Numbered from the whole stretch's first letter, positions 12,246-25,700 are shown. The stretch: 55,895 bases of DNA, filler included, from Sphacelaria rigidula (GCA_964200075.2; 3 parts of 3 records of this genome joined end to end with filler, not necessarily neighbours in it), one strand, 5' to 3'. Notes: generated by a model from the sequence alone, not told the origin. Numbers and translations: made by a program.

Positions 12246-13330
12246 AATGTAACGTCAATTCCGGCGACCACTGACACACCCGAAAAACTGTCCAGCAGTT
12301 GTCGTACGCTGAAATACTGTCCAGACCGAAAACGGTCACATTGACTCGAGCAGATGTCAAACGCTTGCCTTGATTAATTGGTAGTGTAGAAATCGCCAAT
12401 GCGAGCGATGTAGATGTGCAGTCTGTACTAAATCAATATCGTACGGTCGCAGGATTTCGCGCCCAATCTGTCAGACCAAATGACCCACAATATGCTGACA
12501 GACTCGCTTTTGAATATTTCAGTCTTATTTTGGATGGTCCAGCTGCCACAATGTATCAACAGCAATATCAGGATGCATCAATTGGCAAATATCTGTCATA
12601 AACACTGACACCAACGATAAGGCCGGTTCGTTTCTTCCCCCTTCCACCTAGAAGGAGCTGTCTAATGCTGTACTAGATCTATTGATGCCTAGTCACAGTG
12701 TCGAAGAGTGCGCTCTTCGTCTCGCTTCGTTCAAGATGGAAAAACACGAGTCTACCCAAAATCACGCTCTTCGTTTTCGTCCTGTCTTGACACGTTTCGA
12801 GAGATCTGTCGATAGAGCAACCCCTGGTCGTACGCCCTAGGCTGTCATGTCTGTCGTTTTGTGGCAAAATGGCCTCGCACCAGCCATTCAATGCCTTCAA
12901 CTGTCAGAATAGCCAGTCACCTCTTCTCGTGAGGCTGTCGATCGTGCTAGACGCCACGAGGGTGCTAGTCTCGTTGGTGGTGCCACGACCAGTGCATTAT
13001 CATTCACACACATACCCAACCGCTTCGCAATTGCTCAACAACAGTTCGCTCATGATGCTGCTTCAAGGGGTTACAATACCTACCATAAGAAGAACAACCA
13101 ACGCAAACATTCGTCAAGGAAGGAAAAGCGAAAGCCAACCACAACGTCGAACCTACTCCTTCACACGAAGGAGAACGGAAAGGACGCTCGCATTGCACGT
13201 GGGACCCGTGTGAGAAGAAACCTGGCCACACGTACGAGAACTGTTATCAGAGGAAACGGTTTGAAATCCAATAACAGCAGCTTCAACGGAAGAAGATCAA
13301 GAGAGCGAAAACTTCAGCTAAGCGTCTTGT
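12246..13330 (+). pseudogene. gag remnant with a CCHC-type zinc knuckle
   Basis: Lies between the LTR stub and the protease; frameshifted coding-like segments; CTWDPCEKKPGHTYENC at 13194-13244. Confidence 0.6.
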
Positions 13331-13799
13331 GTCTAGTAATAAAGACAGTAAAGGTAGCGAAGATGAATGATGTTGCCCAGCTGTTGTAGCGTCTGATACA
13401 GTTGGGTTGTCTCCTGTCTCGCACAGGGAAGGCGTGAAGAGGAAACAATTCCTCTCCACGTTAGCAGCAGTTGACACATATTTTTCAGCTGTGCCCCGAG
13501 TTCGTGTTCGGAATCAGCAGTATGTCGTACCTTGTCTTCGTGACAGTACGCAGGGTACAATTAGAGGAGTTAAAATAGTACATGATTTGAGTGTCCCTTC
13601 GTTAGAAAATACCGTTGATGTTCCCCCAACTACGGTTTGTAAATCGCTGAAGCGAGTAACTATTCCCGGTAGATTACCAGAGTCTACCAGTAGGCAGAGT
13701 CGTGAGTGTTTCCAAGCGGAAAACGTTTGTACGAAGGAAAAATAAAACAATGGTTCAGCTCTTCGCTGATCCACAAACCCAAGTCTGTCGCTCTCTCGT

Positions 13800-16700
13800 T
13801 TTCGTCACGACGTGTCCGTGTTGCTGGATATGTCGATGACCATCACGTTGATGACGTGACTATCGACACTGCTACTGACGTGCCTATTGTTTCAGTAGGA
13901 CGGCTGAGAACCCTCCCAAGAATGCGAAACATGCCACCCAAACCAGTTCCAACTGCTGCTTTTTCATTGAGCGCAGCGAACGGTTCACCAATGAATGTTC
14001 TAGGTTTCATCGATTTTTCCCTGACTCTTGGTGACGTCACTCGTACAGTTACCGCACTCGTTGTCCCATCACTCGGACCTGATTCTATACCTTTAGACAA
14101 CCAAGTCACGTCTGATTCGGAGCAATATTAAACTGGGAAAATCAAATACTTTCTTTCACATCAACGGGTCTGTCAACCCCAGCAATTCACCGCAAAAATA
14201 CTGCTACACAACGTCACACTAATGCCTGTTTTACAGCACCAAATTTCTCTTCGAAATCTATCGCTACTGTCAATAGCAATGCTGAGGCAATTAAAGTTAC
14301 TTTGTGTGAACGTGTGAATTTTAAACAAATGCACGAAGCTCTTGCAGTACATTTCACAAATTATATTCCACCTGAAGACTGTACAGTGATAATCGAGCCG
14401 CGAATAGTAACTGGGGAGGAATTTTCACACGACCCGGAACTGATACCCTTCCAAAATATTGTTATAGTCCGCACTCTCTCTACATGGAGAGCATCGGATG
14501 GGTCTGTAGCTGTGCAAATAGCCAACCCGTCTACAGATGGTGTAGCCCTGCACGCAGGACTATGTCTCGGACACCTGTTCACAGTTACAGTCACAACTCC
14601 GACACAAATTATTGTCAGTGCAGTCGCGAAAAATCCACAGAGAGCACAAGAAGTCAAACATGCAAGGTCTGAACTTAAAGGTCTTATATCCAAAGCGTTT
14701 TCAACGACAACGCTTACTACCGACCAACAGGCATCTGTTCTAGATTTATGTGCTAATTTTTGACCTGTTTTTTCGCTGTCCATGACAGAATTAGATCGCT
14801 GTACTATTGCAGAAGCAATTTTCCCTGTCCCTCCTGGTACTCGTCCTGTAGACAGACCTCCTTATCGTTCCAGCCCACGTGCTTCCGCAGTAATTGACAA
14901 GTGTGTCAAGGAAATGCTGGATTGGGACATTATTGAAAAAAGACCAAGCCCATGGGGTAGCCCATGTACCATTGTAGCCAAACGCAATGGTAGTCCACGG
15001 TTCTGTGTTGATTATTGTCACACCCCTAACCGTCATATTGTCCGCAAGAGTTGGCCCATGCCAAATATTGAATCTTGCCTTGACGCAGTAGGTGAAGCTC
15101 TATACATTACTCTATGCGATGTCCCCAGCGCATTCTGGCCAATTCCAGTGGCCAAAGAACACGTGGACCGGACTGCATTCGTCACACCAAACGGCAAGTA
15201 CTGTTTTACGCGTATGCCTTTCGGAGTGTGCAATGCAGCTTGGCTTTTCCAACATATGATGTCAATGGCTCTAGGTCACCTTGGCCCAGAATCTGGTGTT
15301 CTGTCATATATGGATGATTTAATTTGTATCAGTTCCACATTCAAAAATCATTTTCAATCATTGGAGCAAATAGTTTCAGCACTCCAAGCAGCAGGCTTAA
15401 CTCTAAAACCATCGAAAATTCAATTCGGACAGAAAGAAATGGAATACCTCGGACATATTATTTCTACGAAAGGAATTTCTGTCAGCAACAACCGCATAGA
15501 AGCCATCCAAAAGCTGCCCATGCCAACAAGCATCAAAGATCTCAGATCAGTTTTAGGCATGTTAAAGTTTGTCCGGCGTTTTGTCAAAGATTATGCTGAC
15601 ATCACAGCACCACTTGTCGATCAAACTCGCAAGGAATTTGCCCTGAAAATAAATTTAAAGAAAGCTTGGGGTACAGCACAAGACGCAGCCTTCACGAAAA
15701 TTAAACAAGTGCTAGCTTCTGCTCCTGTCCTTCACTTTCCTGATTTTTCGAGAGAATTCGTAGTTCATACCGATTCTTCAGAAATTGGCGTAGGCCCTTT
15801 TCTCGCTCAGCTACGCAAGGATAGTGTCGACAGTAAAGAAATCGATATAGTGGCATACTAAAGGAAACGCTTTTCTAAACGCCAATGCCATTATAGTCCA
15901 ACTATGAAAGAATGTCTCGCTGGTGTCTGGTCTTTTGTACACTGGAGGCCATATCTCTGGGGTCAACATTTCACCTGTCATGGAGACCATCAAGCTCTCA
16001 TGTACTTGTATAACACGCAAGATACATCTAACATGTTGACACGTTGGGCTATAGCACTTCAAAATTGCGATTTCACTGTCAAGCGTGTCCCAGGAAAATT
16101 GAATCTTATACCCGACTCCCTGTCTCGTCTTTTCACAGAAGTGGGCGGCGAAGAAATACCTTCTGAACCGAGGTTAGCAGCAATCTGTCGAAATGTACCA
16201 GAAAATAAACTATTTCATTCGCCTGCACCTAGAGAATACGAAGTATCCGCCTATGACTTGGACGATTTAGTACCCGTGGAAAGCGACCGTGAACTATTCT
16301 CGCGTGCAGTATCGGTTTTTCCTGCTGTTGATTCAGTGAACTTACTCGAACAACAGAAAAATGAATTCAATCAATATTTTGAATATTTTCTCGAGCCGAG
16401 CTCAGCTCCTGTCCCAGCTCAACAATCGAAATCGAGCATGAGCAAATTCCTTGTCCACGACGATTTATTATACCGTTCTTACCGGCCTGGTCACTTACGC
16501 CGCCGCGATGATTTTCGCGATCAATTAGTAGTACCCGAATCATTACGGAAACTAATAACCAACGCGTGTCATGACTTACCATCTTCCACGCTACATTCGA
16601 CAAAGTGCGTGATCGATATTGGTGACCTACAATCCATACTGATGTACAACAACATGTCAACAGTTGTGTATCATGTCAACACCGTACAACTTCTCATCGT

Positions 16701-17735
16701 CCACCCACCTTACCTGTGAGACATCGTCCAGTCGAACGCACATTTCAATGTGTTGCAGTAGACCTTGTCGAATACAAATCTCTATCAGAAGGCGATCGAT
16801 ACATACTGTCAGTGATCGTTCATCTTACGAGATTTGTTATACTAATTGCCATTAGAACAAAGACGCCACTACAGTTGTTCGAGAACTTGTTGAGCATGTT
16901 ATCTCGGTGTTTGGACCACCCGAAACTCTTCATTCTGATCAAGGAACAGAGTTTGAAAACCAATTGGTCGACGATTTACAAACTGTTTTTGGATATAAGA
17001 AAAACACATAGCCGCATATCGTCCACAAGGCAATTCTGTCCTGGAACGAGTACACAGCACTGTCCATAATATGCTAGCCATGTATAGCAATTTAGCCTGC
17101 GATAACTGGGCTGAATTACTACATTTTGTCCAACTGGCACACAGCAGTATATTCATCACCACTCGAGGAAACACCTCATTATTTAATGTTCGGAAGAGCA
17201 GCTGTACTCCCAGTGGATCTAATCCTTGGCGTTCCAGCCACATCTGCACCGCAAACACGACTTGATTACTCTCGTCAAACTGTCAACAACTTACAGCTAG
17301 CATACGAGCTAGCCCGGCGCAATCTCAAAGAACGCGCAGATAAACAAGCGGTTGCAAATGAGAAATTATCGTTTCCCAGTTTCAAACAAGGCGATAATGT
17401 TTTGATACATCGCCCATATCACGAGTCTTACGGTCCCAATCCTAAGCTTTACAGCCCATGGCATGGTCCGTACGTAGTCCGAATGCAACTGTCACGAGTT
17501 ACCTAGCCAGTAAACCAAATGATCCAGCGGAAACAACTGTTCACCTTGGTCGCATGAAAAAATACAACGATCCTATATCGTTACCTGTCCCCGACCTTTA
17601 AGCGCTCGACGACAAATTCTTAGGAACAACTCTTCCAGTCCCAGACCTTGATGGTTCAGTGCACAAGGTACAAGGTAACGTTAGGACCATATACGGTAGA
17701 AAATATTGATGGTCATACGCGGGGGGTTTGAGCTA
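13800..17735 (+). pseudogene. gypsy pol pseudogene (protease, RT, RNase H, integrase, possible start of a chromodomain)
   Basis: Protease VTIDTATDV...LSAANGSPMNVLG; RT SPWGSPCTIVAKRNGSPRFCVDY, RMPFGVCNA, SYMDDLI; RNase H VVHTDSSEIGVG, KECLAGVW, DHQAL; integrase zinc region (CHD...CVSCQ), core VAVDLVEY, HSDQGTEFEN, ERVHST; WHGPY motif; GPYTVENIDGH near 17685. In-frame stops at 14761 and 15859 plus frameshifts. Confidence 0.93.
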
Positions 17736-18019
17736 GAAAGTCTATCTGTCAAATCACTTCAAATTTATTGATCCTGAAGTACTATTTTGCGAATTCAAAA
17801 TAAGTACAAATGTCTGTGCGGTACTTATGCATTCGAATATTTGTTTGCATACATGTCTTTTGTCATTCTGTGAATATTACGCTTAAGTGTAAAAGTGAAC
17901 ACTTGAAACGTATTCAAATCCTTTCAAGGAATGTTGAATCATCTCATCATCTGAGATTATATAATTATCTAGTTTTTGACGGAGTGAGAGCTCTAACACC
18001 GTCACAACTAGGGGGGTAA

Positions 18020-18528
18020 TGTGAATCACACTTATGAGAACCCAACATACCTTATAGTTATGTCCAAGAACTTTTTATTGGTTCTATTCATGGGAACGTT
18101 CTAGCACTGAGGAAGATTCCTCACATGTCCGCTATATCTTTGGAGGATGGTCTATTTGTCTCGGAATATCGGGACAATATCAGACCGAATATGCCCGAGA
18201 GTCACAGAACGTTGTACACACCAAACTCAAGGTGATCTACACGTTGAACTGAACTCTAGGCCAATGTCTGCGGTACATGGTCCTTTGATCCATGTCCTGT
18301 TGTCTGAGATGAGCTGCATGGAGAGATCGCAGATCATCCCCACCTCAGCTCACAACAACTTCTTCTCTTCACCTCCACTCTGTCTGTCAAGCTCACTCGA
18401 GCCCTGTCCTGTCCACTCAACGCTACCGATGTAGCTTAACTGGAAAGAGCACTCTGCGTCTTGCTCGCGTTTCGCAGAGAGAGTAAGGGTTCGAATCCCT
18501 TCGTCGGTATTCTTATCATATACGACTC
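18020..18528 (+). repeat. 3' LTR of the gypsy element
   Basis: Begins with TG directly after the PPT (18010-18016), is homologous to 10959-11365, and runs until the (TTA)n microsatellite resumes. The exact 3' end is uncertain. Confidence 0.8.
18425..18509 (+). tRNA. tRNA-like sequence (pseudo-tRNA, anticodon not assignable), apparently within the LTR
   Basis: Acceptor ACCGATG/CGTCGGT plus discriminator A; D arm GCTT-AACTGGAAA-GAGC; anticodon stem CTCTG/CAGAG closing 18 nt; variable loop AGAGT; T arm AAGGG-TTCGAAT-CCCTT; intact A-box and B-box. Confidence 0.8.
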
Positions 18529-18575
18529 TTATTATTATTATTATTAGTAGTAGTAGCAGTAGTAGTAGTAGTAGT
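18529..18575. repeat. (TTA)n/(GTA)n microsatellite, right flank of the gypsy element
   Basis: Directly visible; runs into the gap. Confidence 0.95.
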
Positions 18576-18675
18576 NNNNNNNNNNNNNNNNNNNNNNNNN
18601 NNNNNNNNNNNNNNNNNNNTTAATTAATTAANNNNNNNNNNNNNNNNNNNNNNNNNNNNNNNNNNNNNNNNNNNN
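18576..18675. other. Assembly gap with artificial TTAATTAATTAA spacer
   Basis: 44 N + TTAATTAATTAA + 44 N = 100 bp. Confidence 0.97.
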
Positions 18676-18929
18676 GTAAGGGAGTGCGTGGCTAAACTCA
18701 AGAACAGAAAGGCAGCAGGGGCAGACGGAGTAGCGAATGAGTTTCTCAAGCCCTTTCAACATCGTGCTCGTACTGACTGTTGAAATTCTAGTCCAGGGTC
18801 TGCTTCAATTCCACATGTGTGTAATTTTAATCGGTGAAATTGTGAAATATCCGCAACATCTGGGCGAGATGCAGGTGAGGCAATCACCGAAATATTCGCC
18901 TGCAAACTCTGCTCCAGTGCACTGTAAGT

Positions 18930-19210
18930 TGATATCGCCAGAAGGACACGACCGTAACCACCTTCTGGCCGCCAGACTGTCAGGACGTAGGATCCGCAAG
19001 CATTGCTACTGTCTGTACGGGGATGTTGCCTCCTTGTAGGGTACATGGGGAAGGGTCCGTGGCAGAACGCAGTGGTCGCGGCAAACAGCTGCACACTGCG
19101 CGTTCTCCCCCAAGACTTCGACTTGGAGGATGATTCTGGCCAGGCAGCAGCAGCAACTGCTGTGTGTCCAGGTGCCCCTTGGAGCAAGATGCGTTTGGTT
19201 TCTGTATGAG
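18930..19210 (+). pseudogene. Possible PIF/Harbinger-type (DDE_Tnp_4) transposase remnant
   Basis: HDRNHLLAARLSG...YCLYGDVA resembles the HD....L...Y.lYGD.AY core. Short and frameshifted. Confidence 0.35.
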
Positions 19211-22200
19211 AAGGCCATCCCCAAAAACTCGAAATCAATGGGGGTTTGATAGTGGGGAAATATGAAAAGTAAAATCGCGAAAATCGATTCGCAAAAAAAC
19301 AGTTCATCGATTTTTCATATGCAGCAGAAAACCAAATTCACGAAGGGAAATTGGAATTTATCGTGTACTTGAAGAGTGCAGCAGCGAGCGATACCTCTAA
19401 GAAAAAACATGTTTTTTCGGCCAGTCAGAAGACAGCGTGTCACTAACCCCTCTCCTCTGCGTGTAACCTACGGTAGCCTTGCTACTGTGACTGTAAGTGA
19501 GTATTTCCACGGCATTCATTTAGGTATCACGTGGTTGTTTGAGAGTACCCATCCGCACACAATAAGCAGCTTACGAGATCACTCCTTGAAAATTATCGAA
19601 AGTTCAGCACAGCAGTAGCATAAAAAAACATGAAACAAACAGGAAATCAACACCAAAGAAGACATATGTGCAAATCATATACTACTTCACACGGACGGTT
19701 CTTGAATCCTTCATTGGTTATTGGCAAAAGTAATTTCAACCAACCCACCCCCACACCCTATATATCCATTCGATGCATTTCCCTGCAAGAGGTTTGTGAT
19801 GGCTGTCTTTCCCGTATATTTCCTTAAACCTCCCATGTACACTCTTTCGCCGTGAGCCCCGATCGTGAAAGACCCGGAGACATATAGGTATGATTCCTGC
19901 TCGTGATATGAGTTTCCCTGCCCCCCTGTTCACCTCAAGATTTTGCCCACTACTACGAGATTGATTGTTCGGGCGAAAGAGATGGTTGCTTCAACGGTGC
20001 ACGTTCGCCGTGGCGCGGCGTCGTGCCCCGCAGAACTTTTGACACCTAACAAGACCATCCAGCATTTTTGTTCTGTCAGGACTGAATCCTTTTCAACTGC
20101 ATGTAGAGAGAACAGACGTTACGTGCCAATTCCACGCTAAAAACTTCCATGAAGTTACCACGTATATATTGCGCTCTCGCCTTGTCCATGGGGAGGACGG
20201 AAACATATTGCGGATCCCCCCCCCCCGCAACGATAAATTATTCGACGTCGTATGACGTTACAACGATCATGTGAAAGCAAGGATGAACTACCAACCAAAT
20301 AGGCTTTTGTACTAACCCATGCTGAGCTGTACCCACATCACGAAGCTTTGGCACTACACTGTCTTATTTTTACGTCTCATTGGTCATTCACGTTTCAATT
20401 TTGCCACACAAGAAAAAAAATGCAGCACCGTTATACATGACTAAACTCAACCATGCTCAAGCAGTAAATGAACCACTACACCCCGAAGTAAAAACGAAAA
20501 CAAAGCAAGAACAGAGCATGCACATTTTTGCACGTCCCGCGGAGCACACGCCTTAGTGAACAACTCCAGAGGGTGGTAACACTTTCTTGTGTGTTAACTC
20601 GAGACAAAAACACCACACTTCAGAGCCAACCATGTTACTTGTTCCATGACCGCTTGTAGCGTACGTGCCAAAAGTACTTCACATCTTTTTACTACGACCT
20701 ACTCATATTCAAACAAGTATACACAGATCGCACCCGCTGACCGTTGTCCGATGAATACGGCGCCAACTTTCTGCACTGCGAGCTGGTCTAATCCTGCCAT
20801 TCCTCCTTCTCCGTAGGCATACCTCTCGTCTTCGTAAAATGTATGTCCACCACACTTGTGAGTTTCGTCTCTCGTACTTCACCGCTCGCCGAGATAAAAA
20901 TAAAGCAACAACAAAACCCAGCCCCACATTTCCCTTCCACTTACAGCCCGGATGTCTCCTCTTTTCTACCCTCTGTATATTCGACGATCATCTTAGGTGG
21001 CCACGCGCCATTGCGCACATAAATCGTGACACCGTGATAAAAATCGATTCAACTGACCCCATCATTTCGCACCCTTAAGGAGACATTACAACCTGGGACT
21101 GAAGGCACGCACGAACAGCAAAATACAAAACGAAAAACAAGATGGTTGGATTCGCCAATATGGGCTATGAAAAATTACACCGTCAAGATATAAAAAAAAT
21201 ACGAGTACGTGGGAAGGACATATCACACCCCTTTGTACTAGATCGTAGCAACGCGAGGGGACTACCGAAGCGCTGTGTGTAGAAGTATATATATATGAAT
21301 GTATATTTGTATACCACAACACAACACAACGAGACCGATGGGAAGTCACGAAAAAAACGACAGTGTCCAGCTTTTTACATGCTACATCATCACGAGTACA
21401 ACTGGAGCACATACCCGGGAAAAAACATGGTTAATCTAGGCACCATCCAAAGAGCCCAATCCAAAGCAAAACAGCACAAGACGAGGAAGGAAGGGACAGG
21501 GAGGAGGGGAAGGGGAAGGGGAAGAGACGGGAGGGGGGGGGGGAGGCACTGGATCACAATACTGGGGGTGTTACTGACTACAATCTTTTTCCTCCCTCCG
21601 CACCCGAAGCCCTCCTCAGAAATTCTACGCTCAAAAAACAAGGCACGGAGCATCAAGAACTTCATACATGGCGTATTCAATCATCGTCACAGCACGCATC
21701 ACACTCGTGGTTGTCGCCACGAACGAACACCACGTGGCGTCAACAACGACCGCCACATGGCACAGAAGAACGACACCATGATGATGCTACACCAAAAAAA
21801 TGTGTCTGGAACAAACGGAGAAGCCCCCGTGCCGTTTTTTTGCGCCAGTTTCGACCCCTGCGTCTCCATGCATCCATCTTTTTCTTTCACGAGAGACGCA
21901 TTTCAACAAACCGAGAAAATAGTGAAAGAAATACGTGCGTTTCATTTTTGCCAATAGAACCTCCACGCTTAAAGCCCCGAATCGCCATCGCACGTGGCCA
22001 CCACACTCGTCCGGCATGAAAGGGGTACTTATCTACCCCATGTGCCATGGTCGATGAACATAGTGAGTGGCGTACTGTGGCGCGAAGGGGGGAAGGGGGA
22101 AATAACATCAAGCCCGCCTGACGCTTTGCAGGGGAACCCCATTTCTTCGTTTTGCACTTCTCGTCGCACCACACGTATATGCCTTGGAATAACCGCGGAC

Positions 22201-22778
22201 AAGACATACGTCAGCGAAACCGCGTCGGGATGCCACCGCCTGTACAAAATACAAGAAACACCAAGAAGACTCCCTCTTGTTCCCTCCACCCCATCACCAC
22301 TGGCACGAACCGACGAGCCAGATGCAAACACCATGAGACAAGCCACCGCAAAGCCAACAAAAAGCACACACGCCAAAAAGTGCTTGTTCTCTTGTCCGAC
22401 AGGGACATGGTGAGACGAGGATAACAAAAAGATGACACAGTAGAGTTGCTCCCCAAACGCGGGCGACTGGCGGCCTTTTCAGCCTAAAACGGAAAAGAGA
22501 GAAGCAAGCGCACTTATAGAGTAGCTAAGTCGGGGCCCCCAGAGGAACCAGCACAACGAACAGTCCACACTGTCTCCGTTGCGGGATATTGACATGGCAC
22601 AAAACACGAGATGGCAGCTGACGGCGGCGAAAGTCGCACAACATGAATTGTCGACATGGGCTGATCCCAATCCTCTTCATTCCCTCTCCCCTAGTGTAAT
22701 TCGTTGTATACAGTACAATGACTTACGCCCTCTCCGCCGCTTGCTTGTGATACGGATCAGCGGCGTGCGTCTTCGTTC

Positions 22779-25700
22779 TCATGCGCAAGCCATGACCTCG
22801 CGTAGCAGTGCCTCATCCTCCTTCTTCACGAAGCGGCCTTTGACCCGCATGCGGGTATCGGCGAAGTTTTTGCGCACGTCGTATTTCACCATCTTCGTCC
22901 ATACCTACAGAAGGATACGGCGGCAAAATCAAAGCCACAGGTCAACAATATGGAACGAATAGCGTAATGCAATCACGTCGTGCACCGTAGGATGAAGGGG
23001 GGGGGGCAAGGGAAAATAAAAATAAAAAATGATACTGATGCGTCTAGAGGCTTTGTAATATACAAAGTACGTACACACCGCGAAAACAATACCACGGCAC
23101 AAGTAACTCACCCTATGCTCGCGCTTCTCAAGGAATCGTTCAATCCGTTTTCGTCGAGCCTCGGGCGAGTACGCTCCGACAAACTTCCGATTCTCGTCAC
23201 CGACAGTGCCGGAGCCCGTCCCGCTCCTTTGGTGATGGTGCGGTACGGGGCCCCTCCCGACCATGACTCCCATGCCCGATACCACCGGTCGGCCACGCAC
23301 TGCACCCGTGCCACCGTGCCCAGATGCGGAAGCTTGGTGCGATTGCGAGGCGATATCGAGTTGGGAGTGTTGGTGAAGACCACCGCTCACATTCGCCATC
23401 CCCGCCCCGCCAGCGGTGGTTCCGCGCGCATTCCCCGCCCCCGCGGTGGAAGACGACACGGCGGCGGCATTTGTATAATACGGGGGTATATCGCTCTTGC
23501 CCCCAGTACCGACGCCCGCCGCGGTGAACTCTGCTCGGTGACCGCCCGCCGGAGCGGCGGCCGCGAGGGCAGCACTTGTGAGCCGCACCGTGGTCTGACT
23601 CGCGGTGGATGAGGCCGGCAAGCCAAGTTCATGTTTGATGACAGGCCCTCCTCGAGAAAGAAGCTGGTGCTGCTGGCGGTAGGCGAGGCCGCCTTGACCG
23701 CCTACGTTCATGCCCATAATGGACGGGTACGACTCGACGCTCTTGCTGCCGAGGTGTTGGTCGGGGAGGGGTTCCGACAAGGAATCGAGGTCGCGCAGTT
23801 CGTCCTGTGGGAGGTATGTTGCCGGGTACCGTATGTGTACGTCAATGCATGCCGAGGGACAGGCGAGTGGACTCGAGACTGACGTCATATCACGACTAGT
23901 CTATGCACTGCAAGATACGACACAACACACTCGCTCCTACTACGCTCAGACACACCTCAGCTTCACAAGAGGGGAGGCTGAAGAACGACAAATGCCAATA
24001 CACGAACAGCCACATACCTTCAATCCGCCGCCGAGGTCAAGATGAATATCATCCGTGAAAGAAAATTTAAATTGCGGGCTGAAGTCTCCGATGGGCGCCG
24101 TGGGGCCGCCGTCCAAGATGCCATAGCTCGCTAACACCGCAGCATCATCGTCCTCCTCCACCCCAACCCCGACCCCGACACCATGATCAGCCACCCCCCG
24201 CCGCTCGCTGCCAGCGCCAACGCCGGCGTGATGGTGGTGGTGGCCCAGCGGAGAACCCTCCGCCTCGCCGACCACGTGCTGCCCGCTAGGCGACTCGCTA
24301 TCGATGCCTCCTGGCCCTTCGTGGTGGTCTCGGCCATCGTCATCCTGTGTATTCGTTGCCCCTCGCTGTTCCTGTTGTCGTTGCTGCTGTCGTTGTTTTC
24401 GTTGCTGGGCGGCGAGCTGGGATGGGGTAACCACGCGGAGGGGCCCCACCGCCGTTGGGCCCAGCAGGGTCGCGCCGTCGGCGGCTGCGGCTGCCGTTGC
24501 TGCCGCTACTACTCCTTCTTTCATGCCCACATCGTCCTGAAAGGATCATGTTTGGGTTGTCAAGTCATGAGAAAGATCGTGATGGATGCAAGCAAGACAT
24601 CCTGGACAAGCAGAGTTCTGGTACATGTCCCATATTTCAAACCAAGACTCACAGCCGCATTCAGCGTGCCACACTCCAAGCACAAATACCCGAATCTCGC
24701 CCGACCGGTTGGCCATAGCATCCGCGTTTCTGCTAAGTGATCGATCTCAACATGACAGACAAACCTGTGAATCGTACAACTTCTCTGTTTTTCTTCCTCC
24801 ATCTTTGAAAAATACGAATTATTTCCCCCACCTCCTGCTCATTGAAGTCAAACGCGGTGTCGAACGCGGTGTCGAACGCCATGTCGCCGATGTCGAAACC
24901 GTCGGTACCGAGCTGATGAACAACAGGTGAATGATATTTTCCGAGTGCCATGGGATGACAAACAGCACGACCCGTCAGACGCGAAGCCGACGTAGAAAAA
25001 ACAGACGGAAACGCAACATAAAGCAAAACAAAATTTAGCAACAGCCCAGCGGGAGGAATAGGGAGGATTGCCGCGACCCCGTACAGCAACCGATCAACAA
25101 AATGGAGAAGAGCGGGAGGTGCGGGGGGGAGTTCCTCAAGACACGAACGACAATAACTTGGTTGCTTTGGTTGCTTAGACCGTCTCTAATGGGAGCCGCT
25201 CGAAGTTCCTATTCAAAACTGCCTCCTTGGACCTTCTCCGTCGCTTCATGCCTGAAAATAGGGCTAGGCGGATGTTGACCCCTTGGAATGGCTTGCTCTA
25301 TTCATTGAGGTCGTTCCAGGGCAACTTTGCATTTCCCGCTGGCCGCACCTTCATTTATGGCCAATCACGGATTTTCAACGAAAAAACGGTCAAGCGATAA
25401 CAAAACAGAGGGGAAACTTGATCACCGTCTTTTACTGAAAATCCGCGTTTGGCCTCAGTTGCCCAAAAACTAAAGTGCGGCCAGCGGGAAATGCAAAGTT
25501 GCCCTAGAACGGTCTCAACGAGTAGAGCAGGTCACTCGAAGGCGCTAACATCCGCCTAGCCCTCTTTTCGGGCGTAAATCGGCGGAGAAGGGCCCAAAAG
25601 GCAGTTTTCGACAGAAAATTTTAAACGGCTCTCGCCAGAGTTGGCCTTAGTGAACGAAGACTTTGTCGCTGCGCGACGAAACAAATGACCAACACAATCT

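Larger units (their letters stand above)
10959..18528 (+). mobile_element. Degenerate, rearranged Ty3/gypsy LTR retrotransposon
   Basis: LTRs start TGTGAATCACAC at 10959, 12204 (stub) and 18020. The polypurine tract AGGGGGG-TAA precedes 12204 and 18020. Internal order gag-PR-RT-RNaseH-INT is gypsy type. Both flanks are (TTA)n. The right boundary is approximate (18518-18528). Confidence 0.93.

Noticed and set aside
18620-18631. TTAATTAATTAA palindrome inside N runs (also 37285-37296)
   Set aside because: Artificial six-frame-stop spacer centred in fixed 100-bp gaps. It is not biological, and adjacency across these gaps is not guaranteed.
24900-24909. GGTACCGACG (minus strand), complementary to the 3' end of the LTR tRNA-like RNA
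   Set aside because: Only about 10 nt, inside a host exon and beyond a gap; likely chance and not a PBS.
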